Assembly (NCBI GenBank): GCA_000004985.1
Contig: GG738871.1
Source: Naegleria gruberi
Taxonomy: Eukaryota
Reading direction: 5' to 3' (one strand)
DNA length: 64,000 nt
The position numbers and the translations under genes were made by a program. This document shows positions 23,140 to 34,900 of this stretch, one piece after another. Under the pieces are notes generated by a model. The model was not told the DNA's origin and searched no databases. It was given only the letters and a program-made list of their open reading frames with translations. Each line of letters starts with the position of its first letter. Position 1 is the stretch's first letter.

Positions 23140-24787
23140 ATGAATTCAAATAGTAATACACAATTAATTTCTTCATCGGTTAGAGATCGGGAAATCTACA
23201 TCAACAATGGTATGCAAATAGCAACTCCAACAGCTATACAACAATTTTCATCATCAGTTCCGAATGATTACTATTTTGAAAAACGATCCTTCTACTCACA
23301 AAACAATTCCTCTTCTTCAACACCAACATCGTTAAAAACTGGAGAATTTATTTCAAATGCAGAAGTATTCATTAGTGATTGTCCTCTCATCAATCAAGTA
23401 GTCTTTGAAAAGTGGCTTCAGGGAGCTTCTATTGAACAAACATCAAATTTCCTCTTTGAAAAACAACGAGCATCTAGACAAGAATATTTTGCTAAATATT
23501 CATTCTTTATTGAAAATTATTTCAAATTAATTATTCATGAAGTTACCTATCAGTACAGAATATTTACAGATTTTCAACCTTATTTACAAAATCCTTCCCT
23601 TTTTATGAGTTGTAATACAATTTTACAAGTTGCTCCGAGTGTCAAACAATCACTCATTCAACAATATTTTGATTTTGATGAAAGAGTTTATAGAGAATTG
23701 ATGGGAAAGAAATTAACTTCAAAACTCAGAAGAGATTTGGAAGAAATTAGTGAAAGATGTAATATTGAAATTATTTCAGTGAGGAGACAATTTGACAATT
23801 TGAAAACAATATTTAAATTTATCAAAGCAGCTGCTTCCTCTTCATTGAGTGAATTTATTACTCTTCACAAACACGACAATGGTCAATCAATAATTGCAAG
23901 AATCATTCAGGAAAAATTCATGCTTTCTGAAAAGTTAGCAGAGTATGTATTATTAACTTTAAACATTTCAAATATTCACGTTATCTATTCGATAATTTAT
24001 AACAATAGGAAATATGCAACATTAGTTTTCATGATTTATCAAAGATTTGAACTCAATAAGAAGGTGATGAAGGATTTCAAATTCCAAGATATTTACTTTT
24101 TATGTTCACAAATTTTCAAACATTGGACCTATCATACTAAGGGAACTTCTGTCTCCTCTTCTATACCCAATGCCATTCTCAACCATACAAACACATCAAG
24201 TGTTGAAGTTTCTACAAGTCCAATAACAATAACTACAAGTATGAATGCTACAGGTGAGGAAGTACAAATTACAATATTCGATTCTCATCAAATAGCAATT
24301 GATTTTATGAAATTTAGAGATATCAAGACAATAATATTTTCAGATAAAATCAGACTGAATGAATATATTAAGAGTATAAAGAAGGAATTAGCAGATGATA
24401 AGGCATTTACTACTGATGTATTAGAAAGAATTGTAAGTCATTTCAATTTAACCATCTTGTAATCAATATAATAATTATTATAATTGTCTTTATAAATAGG
24501 ATGAAATTATAATCAACTCTTTAAAATCACTACTACAAATTGGCCAAGGATTAACAAAAGAAATGAGAGACATTTTCACAGATCTGTACGATAAATTCAT
24601 TGAACCTATTGAGGAGATTAATCTATCAGGTCACCAATTATTCCAATTGTTGGAAGCTGCACGTGAAAGTTTCTTAAAGATCTCAACAGCTAAACCACAG
24701 CATATTCAAAAGTATTACCCAACTTTCTCTTTGTACATGATGGTCATTAGGGATATCGTTGTGTACATGTACAAAAAGTTGCATTGA
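23140..24787 (+). CDS. Hypothetical protein of about 527 aa. Exons 23140..24432 and 24500..24787.
   Basis: A GTAAGT donor follows ...ERI and a TAG acceptor precedes DEIIINSLKS..., in phase 0. This joins the 440-aa and 74-aa ORFs. No recognisable domain. Confidence 0.45.
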
Positions 24788-24867
24788 AAACTTTGACAAG
24801 TCACAAGTCAACACAAGCTCAGAAAGGTATGAATAACTGGTAAATGTCACCATCACACAACAAAAAA

Positions 24868-27800
24868 ATGCTTGGAAGGCATTTGTTCAGCAAACGCAGT
24901 GGCAGTTTTGGAAGAGAGGATGGTGTCATTCTTTCGGGATATCTAGTAAGTTGTCAAATGCCACTTTAAAACCAATAAATTTCTTTAGCACAAGGTAACG
25001 TTCAATATTATTATTAAACTTCATCATCCCAACACACTCAACAACATTCTAGACTGGAAATGTGAATAAAATATGGAAAAAGGTATGTGTCCACAACAAT
25101 ATTTATTCACCAATTTTCGAATTCATATTCGAATGTGAACCAATCATGAACAGAGGTATTTTGAACTCAATAACGATCATACACTCTCCTACTACAAGAA
25201 CAAGGTAACAGGAGGTTCACCCAATAAGAAGGAGGAATTAAAACTTGGCACTTTAACTTTGGATCCAACCAACACGATTGTGGAAATATTTCATGAAAAG
25301 GAAAATTCGGAGGAGGTTTCATCACCTTCCACTTCTTCCTCTTTTAATAATTATTCATCATCACCATCGAATGGTTCAATGATGCTTGGAAATGGTTCAT
25401 TCTTTAGTTCAGCATCATCATCTTCTAGTTCATTGGCAACTTCACAAAATGGAAAGTCGAGTGAAATTGTCGTTTCTCCACAAATTTACGATGTGAAAAA
25501 GTTGAAAGAGGAGAAGGAATACATGCTAAACTCTAAAATGATTCAATGTATTTATAGGGAAAGGCAGAGGAAGCAGAGATCATTCAGGAAGGACAGAAAA
25601 CAAAGTGCATTTTCTAGAATTTCAACGAGATATCAACAAACACCAATTTCAAACTCACAAAATGAAATTCCAGGATCTGTTTCTTATTTAACATCTTCCC
25701 AATTGACTACAATGACAACCACTTCATCTACATCTTATTTCTTTTTGAAAAAAGTGAAAAAGTACAAATTTTCAATTACAGTAGGTAATAGTCAGAGTGG
25801 AGGAAAGGTCTATAAGGACAGGAAGTATACATTCTATTGTGAAACTGAAGAGGAAAGGGATATGTGGATTAAAGGAATTATTTCATCGATTGAGAAACAA
25901 GTTAAAGCTCAAATTAGAAAACCATATACATTCGAATCGATAAGACTTTATTCCAATTTCTTGGCATTTATTGGAGATGAGTCACAGGAAATGATTATTC
26001 ATGCCTTGAATAATATCAGATCACCAGTTCAAGAATCATTTTTGGTTGCTTGGATGGTTGTTATGGATTGCTTTTCATTTCACAAGGTTTGTACATTAGT
26101 TTTGATGATTACAATGATTTGTAATTTACAATAGTCATGTATTGGACTAGTTAAAGCAGCAATTAAGGTCGAACTGGAGCTGACAAAGCATCCAGAAACT
26201 CTTTTCAGAAGGTTTGTGTTGTTGGAAATATTAGCATTTCACTAATTGATCAATTAGAAATTCTATATCTACCAAATTAGTTCAATTGTTTTTCAAAATA
26301 CATGGTCAAGCTTTCCTAAAATCAACACTTCAACAACTCATTGCCAAAATTTGCATTGCCGATGAGTATTTGGAAATAGAGGAGAGTCGTCTGAGAGAAT
26401 TTTTAAAAAAGGAACTCGATGACATTGATCATCCAGAGAAACCAAATGGAGAAATTATTAATCAAATCATTTCATCGAGACAACAACGTAACAAGACAAG
26501 AATTGTTGACATTTCAAAACAATTTTTGAATAGAATCATTTCGAATACAATTAATGAGGGACCATTTGAAATTTGTGAAATATTGGAATTTACCTACGAG
26601 GAGAGTAAGAGATTATTCCCAGAGAGTGCAGAAATCGCAGTTGGTGGTTTATTCTTTTTGAGATTTGTCTGTCCTGCAATTATTTCACCCCATTTACAGG
26701 GAATTCTCTCATTCCAACCTCAAAGCAACTCCCAGAGAACTCTCACACTCATTACTAAAATCATTCAAAATATTGCCAATCAAGTTTATGAGAATAATAC
26801 CAAGGAAGAGTACATGGCACTGGTTTCAGAGTTTATTACTCAACACATTGAAAGTACGAAGGAATTTATCAGAGATATCAGTAGCTTGGATCAAGATGCT
26901 AAAAAGTTTGAAAAGAATAAGAGACTTACAATGAGGTTTGGTCAGTCCAATTCTGATTTGGAGTTGAATTGTTATCATGTCATTCACGAGTTTTTCAGAA
27001 CCACTGAGGATGGAAAGAAATTCAACACTCAAAATCCAGAACTTTTCAAATTTTACACCCGAATGTTGGACTCACTCAATGAGGATGTGAAGAGTGAGCT
27101 CAATGTAAACAAACCTCAAGAAAAACAACCTCCATCTACACCTCCACCAGAAGTCAAACCTAAAATTCCAAAAGAAACTTCACCTATCGATGCCAGTAAG
27201 AGAAGAAGAGGCGCTACCAAGCTGAATCAGGAACCTGCAATGATACCAAGTGAACCAAATATTCCTCGTGTGTTACCAACAACAGCTCCAATAGTTATCA
27301 ATTTTGATAGAATGAGCATTTCAGAGTCAAGATCGCCAATCGATACACGTAAGAGTGTTTCGAGCAGCTCAGAAGCACTTTCAACCTCTCGAAGAAGAAG
27401 AGGCGTTGTACACAATGTGAATGTCTTGAGTCCAGCAGATGATCATTCCAGTAGTCATAGAGAGAGTTTCAGTGTGACAATCGCTCATGAAATTGAAAGT
27501 GCAATCTCTCAACAAATTGATTCACCAAGAAAGGTTGACTCACCAAGAAAAGATACTCCAGTAATAACTCAAACGGAGAAAGAACCTACTCAAGAAACTA
27601 TTGCACAGGAATCACCAAAGAGTGAATCAGAATCAGACGATGATTTCAGTAACACTGGAGATGTTTCACTCCTTCAACAAATGAATAATTCAACCAGGTT
27701 GACCACTACTAAAACACAAGATGATGAACTAGAAAAGATTGTAATTCTAACCTCTTTGAATGGAGAAAATACTCCAATGAATGAAAGTGATGAAGCATTC

Positions 27801-28619
27801 ACGGCTGACACTCCAAACGATGCAGATGATAGAGAACTACTTGAACAAATTGTAAACACAACACGAATTACAACAAGTTCAATAGATATCGATTACATTA
27901 TTAATATGGAAGAAAAGAAGGAATCGGACTCTATTTCAGAATCGTCCAGTGATGATGAAGAGGAAGAAGTTTCTTACAACTTGTTAGAAATATTTGGAAA
28001 GGGAGAGGAATTATCTGAGGAAGAGTTTGTCAATCTCATCATTAAATATATTGACGAAAGTGGAAAGGAAATTATGTCTGAATGCCAAAGGGGCTCAGAT
28101 AGAATTCAATACCTCATTAAGAACAAGTTCATTATTGCCTTAATTGCCTTATTTTCACTTAGATTGAAAACTGATAAGGGTGTTTGGCAATTAGCTTCTA
28201 ACTTGTGTTCACTTTCTGAAAATGAGAGTTTAATTGAAGTTTCTAATGAATTAATTGGCTCATTTGAACTATTCAAGCAAAGACACTCTGAATTGGATCC
28301 TCACCAACAAGAGTACATTTGCTTCTGCTCATTCATTTGTAGAATTATCAATAAGGGAACACTATTCGAAACTCTGACCTATCTACTCAACGTTCAAGAA
28401 TTGGATTTGATTCTCTCCGAATATTATTCACACGAAAGCGATTACGATAGTGATGGTTATGAATTGGATAATATCGATTTACTTTCATTCCCAATTATTC
28501 ATACAAAAACTTCACTAATTTCCATTTGTGAACAATTATCATCCTGTTTACAAAAGACAATTTCACACAATTTTGAATTGGACTCTTCATTTGAATCGTG
28601 TAATCTTTCTTTCATGTAA
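24868..28619 (+). CDS. PH-domain plus RasGAP-domain protein. Multi-exon (at least 6 exons) with a long Ser/Asp/Glu-rich C-terminal region.
   Basis: Spliced N-terminus: MLGRHLFSKRSGSFGREDGVILSGYL | (HK) | TGNVNKIWKK | RYFELNNDHTLSYYKNK..., a canonical PH beta1-4. Downstream FLRFVCPAIISP matches the RasGAP signature FLR.I.PAI.SP. Introns have GTAAGT/GTATGT/GTTTGT donors. Exact exon boundaries are only partly resolved. Confidence 0.75.
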
Positions 28620-28651
28620 AATAAAAAACAAAAATTTATTTGAGAAGCAAG

Positions 28652-29200
28652 TTAACTTTCGTCTGGTTTAGCCTCAGATCCTGTTAAATATCTTCTGAAG
28701 AGAGTGAAAATTCCACATTCCACTCCAACTGCCAACACAACGAAAAGAATCGACCAAAGAAGAAACCTTTCCAGTTGATCCCTTATTTCATTATGCATAC
28801 AATAAAGACCCATATAGAGAGCTAGCGAATAAAACACAATAAATGAAATATGAAACGTGAGCGCAACAATATTCGAATTCAACAAACTCAACAATTTCTT
28901 TCCGTACGGATTTGAAATTCTGCACTCATCCAAGAAGGACATTTGTGCTATTAGAAACTTCATCACACCATGAATTGTAAAGAAGGAGAAGGAGAATAAT
29001 CGAACCGAATGTATGATTATCCAACTGAGGAGGACCATTAAATTGAATTCTTCGTATTTTCCATTTTTACAATCCAATTTTTTAGTGCACTTTCCACAAT
29101 CTCTAAATTTGGTTATGCTAATCCATCCCGAAAAATGCATTAATGAAAGAAGAAACAGAAACCAGACTAATCTTTGGAAATGCTCATAGAGTAGAGTCAT
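28652..29200 (-). CDS. Hypothetical 182-aa multi-pass membrane protein
   Basis: An ORF with four hydrophobic segments. No recognisable domain. Confidence 0.35.
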   Translation of the reverse strand: MTLLYEHFQRLVWFLFLLSLMHFSGWISITKFRDCGKCTKKLDCKNGKYEEFNLMVLLSWIIIHSVRLFSFSFFTIHGVMKFLIAQMSFLDECRISNPYGKKLLSLLNSNIVALTFHISFIVFYSLALYMGLYCMHNEIRDQLERFLLWSILFVVLAVGVECGIFTLFRRYLTGSEAKPDES

Positions 29201-29764
29201 TTTTTATATTTTGTTTATTTTCATTTTGGAGGAGTTTTGTTAAATTTCCATTTTTGGAGGATTACTTTTTTTGATTGCATTTTCATTCTGCTTTCTCTTT
29301 GAGAATAAAAATCAACACCAAATGATACTTTTCAGATTTATTCCTCACAATCTGAATCCAATCTATTGCTTTTATCCTAAACTCAGTTGAAAGTTTAAAA
29401 AAAGTTGAAGGGGAAAGTGGCTTCGATCCACTGCCTCAGCATCATCATTGTAGGTGAAGAAACATCGTCCACATGCATGCGTTCTCCCATCTGAACTATT
29501 CACCTCCAACCATGAGTACAACCTTCCCAATACTTTGAACTCTGTCTTCTAAATGACCATGGTTTCAGATTGTGGTTTTAGAATTTTCAAAAAAAACTTC
29601 CATGTTCACACAACGTCATACCTAATGAATCAAAATCAAGAGCTCAAGAATAAAGAACATTCTTAGGATGAATAAATAGAACCCTATTTGAATGATATGA
29701 TTAGCAACCAATCAATTGAACTAACAGGATTTATGTACATGGTTGAGATTTCCACAATTTCTTC

Positions 29765-30883
29765 TTAATATCTATCCATCAAAAAATACTTTCCCTTGAT
29801 ATTAGAAACTCTCTTCTTGACCTCTTTTTTAATATTGGGATCTTTTATCAATGAAAACGATTCTGGATTGCTGCAAACAGCATAGGTCATTAGTTCAACA
29901 TTGGATAGAAATGATTCGTTCAAAAATTCTAAAACCATTCCATCTTTCTTAATAGCCATTGTTACAATTTCAATATTGTTCTTAATCTTGTCAGATGCAT
30001 ACTGTATAGAAAGTGGTGTATTCGAAATGGCTTCACTCACAACAAGTGGATTTCTTCTGAGCTGTTTCTTCATCTTCTCTAACATGTATCCATCGTGTTT
30101 TACAGTTACGAGGGCTATATCAATATCCTTCTTTAAACTGTCGTCAATGTAGATGTAACAACTTGGACTGATGGACATGGCTTGCAACACAAATTGCTTA
30201 TCCTTTCTAAACTCTTGGTAGGAGTTTTCAAAATGAAATGTATCTCCTTTTTTCATCATTTCTAATATTTGTGATTTTGAGTACATTCTAAACACCATTA
30301 ATCGGGAATAGAGTTTAGGCAAATGTGTAGATGTGTACAATGCAAGAAGGTATAGACCATCTACTGTTAAATAATCAATTCTACTGGTTGATTCATCTTC
30401 GGATTCTTCATCATCACTCAACTCTTCAGCACCAAAGATGGAAACTACAAATTGAACCATATAATCGTTCAATCCAGTAGTCTTTGGAGCAATAAAGTCA
30501 TTCAGATATGGTTCAAACACTTTATAGTTATGGTTGTTCAAATTATCAAAAATCCATCTGAATTGTTCACTTATTAATTGGTTTTTCTCTTTCAAAAGTT
30601 CGGATCCACAATTTCTGTCCAACAGACAAACAACCCCTCCATCACGATCATCAATATTAGCATCAGTAGATTTTCTTTTTAACAAGCTAGTTGGTGATTT
30701 GCAAAAGAAAGAAAAAAAGCAACCGGAAAAATCCTGGCTCTGGTTGAGCATTGAAAGATTAGTGTCGGCATTAGAACGTCCATGATCTGTAGAATTTTGT
30801 GAAGATTCTACGTTGGATTGGCGCTCTGATTGTTTTATCCTCTTGTTGCAACACACAGGTTCCTCCTTCCCTTGTCTTTTCAT
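29765..30883 (-). CDS. Hypothetical 372-aa protein with C-terminal repeats of about 30 aa (DUF4116-like)
   Basis: Repeated ...AL...G..L......L.......A...N motifs in the last 150 aa. The N-terminus is basic and Ser-rich. The assignment is tentative. Confidence 0.35.
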   Translation of the reverse strand: MKRQGKEEPVCCNKRIKQSERQSNVESSQNSTDHGRSNADTNLSMLNQSQDFSGCFFSFFCKSPTSLLKRKSTDANIDDRDGGVVCLLDRNCGSELLKEKNQLISEQFRWIFDNLNNHNYKVFEPYLNDFIAPKTTGLNDYMVQFVVSIFGAEELSDDEESEDESTSRIDYLTVDGLYLLALYTSTHLPKLYSRLMVFRMYSKSQILEMMKKGDTFHFENSYQEFRKDKQFVLQAMSISPSCYIYIDDSLKKDIDIALVTVKHDGYMLEKMKKQLRRNPLVVSEAISNTPLSIQYASDKIKNNIEIVTMAIKKDGMVLEFLNESFLSNVELMTYAVCSNPESFSLIKDPNIKKEVKKRVSNIKGKYFLMDRY

Positions 30884-31996
30884 ATTTTTTTCAAATCAAT
30901 TGCAAACAATAAAACATGTCATTTTTCAACTTCTTTTCACCAAGAAACCAAAAAAATTTGTTCCTATTATTGAATAACACAAAACCAGTAGCAACACCAC
31001 ACCAATGATAAATCAGCTTCTAACTTTTGAGATGTTAATTGCTTCATTTCACTGATGAATTTGATTCCTTCATCACTAATTTGATTGTCAGCAATATCAA
31101 GTAATGTTAATTGTTTCATTTCTCTTATTAATTTGGCTCATTTTTTTACAAATTCGAAATGGGGACTATCAATAATGATTTCGGAAACAATTTTACAAAT
31201 CAAACTTGTGCTTTACAGCCACAAAACCTATCAAGCCATTGATGATGTTTGTATTGATGGCTTCCAATCTTGCTTTGGGCCGTTTCGAAGGACCTTGTGC
31301 AGTTGATTTTTTTATTTTTTCAAAAGTAAAAAAAGCGCGCCACTGCTTCCCTCAAAGGCTTCCATTCTCTCAACAACATGTTATTGTTGTGATGCTTATG
31401 TTGTGGCAATAAGCCTTCTCGGAACTGTAAAGTGGTATTTTAAATAATCGTTGGACGAATGAAAAACTGTAATGGATGGAAGTGAACAGATCAAATCACA
31501 ATCACACAATGAAGAGTTTATCTGTGAAAGAGGGATGGAAAAAGACAAATAGGGTTTGTTGCCTTTTCGCCTCGGTGCACTTTTTCATATGTGACATAGC
31601 CTATCTGCCTTGTAGTACGATGATATTAAAATCACATATGAAGCTTTATTGATTCTCGAGTCACTGCGTAGAGCACTTTATTCAATATATTTACAAGGCA
31701 AGTGGATGATTCATGTTTGATACCAATTGGTTAAGAGCTTGACAATTAGCTAACCACCTTTGAAAAACGTTCAACAATCATCTAAAAGCCTGACACCCTT
31801 AGAGTTTACCAGCTCGGTAATTTGGCTATTTCGGTTAATGCTTATACAAAATTGAAAGTGCCAAAATTAATATGTGAAAAATAATTGGATACCGCTTGCC
31901 AGTTGATTGTGATATGCCAAGTTTGAAGTTTGATTGTTGTCTTGACCCTCCACATTGAAAAAAACAAAACACATAGCACCTTGGTAGTAGATAACA

Positions 31997-34900
31997 ATGA
32001 TGCCAAGATTTTCGGGTTGCACGCTATTAACATTGTTTTTCATTCAAAGTATTGTGTTAATAATACTTTTAACACAAACAACACCAGTTCTCTCATGGTC
32101 CTATAGTATGAGAACTGTAGCTTCAGCACCAGATACTATTACTCAAATTGTTGGTGGTAATCAATTTATTTATGCTGCCTTTGGTTCTGATAATATTGTT
32201 TATTATAACAGAAGTGATTCAACTCAAATTGATGTCGCTACCATGTTGGCTGCTACTAATACTAATGCTGGTTCTACTTTTAAATATGTCGCTTACCATG
32301 GTCAAACTTCTGGAGGAAATGATATCATTTCTGCTGGTACTGTTAGTGGCATCTTTGATAGTGTTGGATTGTATTCATGCGCTATTGATTCACAGAACCT
32401 TCCTGCCTCTTTGACGGCCTTTACTGGCACTTCTCCAACAAAATTATTTGGTGTGAGAGGAAAATCATCTAATTCTCCATCAGATCCTCAATTTTATCTC
32501 ATGACAGATCAAGGAATTATTGAAGCTGATTCATCTAGTTCTTCGCCTGTTGGCTCTGCTTCATTTAGTACTCAAGTTGACTTGGATTTTAATTCTTCCA
32601 TGGTAAGTTTATTTCTTCTAAAAACGTTGTGATAATCTAATACTTTGATAGATATTTTATTTGGATTCTTCTAGTAATCTTTGGTCGGGTTTGACTAGCA
32701 GTACTAAAGTTATTGGCAGCGGACTTAATTTACCAAGATCTTTGAGCTTTGTTGATACTTTTAATCAAGTAAGTGATGAAATAGTACTCATTTCTCTAAT
32801 TAAATTAGATTTTTATCTCTGATACTGGTAATGGTCGTGTTAAAGTTTTGGATCTATCCTCAAATCAAGTTACCACCATTGCCGGAGGTTCTTCAACTCT
32901 TCCACCAAATGACTTTACACTTGTTAGCTCACCAACTAACTATCAAATTACTCCTACTGGTATTTGGGTTGACAAGTCAAATGGATACGTATACATTGCC
33001 GATGGAGCATACATAAGAGTTCTCACACCAACTTGTAACACCATTTCTGAGGATGCCTCTTCTTCATATCCTTTCTGTGTCTGCAAATCAGGCTATATTC
33101 TCCAAGATGGGGTTTGTGTTGTTAACAACTGTTTGACATGTAACTCAAATCAAACTTGCGTATCAAATGCCTGTGTCTGTAAAAATGGTTATTCTGGAGC
33201 TTTATGTTCTGAATACAAGTGTTTTGGTACCCCTAAAGATAATGTTGGAGTATGTAGTAGTAGAGGTTATTGTACTGCACCAGATAATTGTATCTGTACT
33301 GACTCTATGAAATACTCAGGCGCTTCATGTAATGTTACTACCTGTAATTCCATCCCATCCTATCAATCTAATGTTTGTTCTGGAAAAGGTCAATGTACTG
33401 ATTATAACTTGTGTGTATGTACCAACACAACTGAATACGGAGGAGTAAATTGTGAATATTTCAAATGTAATGGACTCAATTCAAATGATGGAAACGTATG
33501 CAGTAAGAACGGCACTTGTGTTGGAATTAATTCATGTTCATGCAATTCAAATTATGCTGGTAACAACTGCCAGTACCCTAAGTGTAACGGAATCCCATCA
33601 ACTGATACTAATAATGTTTGTAATAAGAATGGTACCTGTGTTGCTGTTGATACCTGCAACTGTAATGTTAATTACACTGGTCAATTCTGTCAATATCCAA
33701 AATGTAATGGTACAGCTTCAAACGATGCAAGTGTTTGTAACTCCAATGGTGTTTGTAGTGGTGTTAATAATTGTGTCTGTAATTCAAATTATACTGGCCA
33801 ATACTGTCAATTCCCTAAGTGTAACGGAATTGGCTCAAATGATATTAATGTTTGCTCAAAGAACGGTACCTGTGTTGCTGTTAATACTTGTAATTGTAAT
33901 GTTAATTATACTGGACCATATTGTCAGTATCCAAAATGTAATGGCACGGCTTCAAATGATATTAATGTGTGCAGTAAGAATGGTAATTGTATCGCTCCAA
34001 ATGTTTGTTCATGTAATTCAAGCTTTTCTGGCCAATTCTGTCAATATCCAAAATGTAATGGAATCCCATCAACTGATACTAATAATGTTTGTAATAAGAA
34101 TGGTACCTGTGTTGCTGTTGATACCTGCAACTGTAATGTTAATTACACAGGTCAATTCTGTCAATATCCAAAGTGTAATGGTACAGCTTCAAATGATATT
34201 AATGTGTGCAGTAAGAATGGTAATTGTATCGCTCCAAATGTTTGTTCATGTAATTCAAGCTACACTGGTCAATTCTGTCAATATCCAAAATGTAATGGCA
34301 TTCCATCAAACGATGCTAGTGTTTGTAATTCAAATGGTACCTGTATTGGTGTTAATACTTGTAATTGTAATGCTAATTATACTGGTCAATTCTGTCAATA
34401 TCCAAAATGTAATGGTACTAGCTTCTAATGATACTAATGTTTGCAGTAAGAAGGTGGTAATTGTATTGCACCAAATGTTTGTTCATGTAATTCAAGCTAC
34501 ACTGGACAATTCTGTCAATTCCCAAAGTGTAATGGTATTGGATCCAATGATGGAAGTGTTTGTAATGCAAATGGTACTTGTATTGGAATTAACATTTGTT
34601 CTTGCAATTCGAATTATGCTGGACAATTCTGTCAATATCCAAAATGTAATAGTATTGCTTCGAATAGTGGCAGTGTTTGTAATTCACAAGGATCATGTGT
34701 TGCACCAAATGTTTGTGTCTGTAATTCAAATTATACTGGCACTTATTGTGACAAACCAAGATGTGGCATCTATTATAAGGGTGATGCTTCTGCTTGTAAT
34801 TCGAGAGGTAGTTGTGATGCTGTTGATAGTTGTACTTGTAGTGATACATCTTCTTGGGGTGGCAATTTGTGTCAATATCCAAAATGTAATGCTGTTCTTT

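Noticed and set aside
33480-34560. Whether the regularly spaced near-identical repeats are a CRISPR array
   Set aside because: This is a eukaryotic locus. The repeats are in-frame protein modules, each a 93-nt EGF unit, inside a spliced gene. They lack the spacer-repeat architecture of CRISPR.
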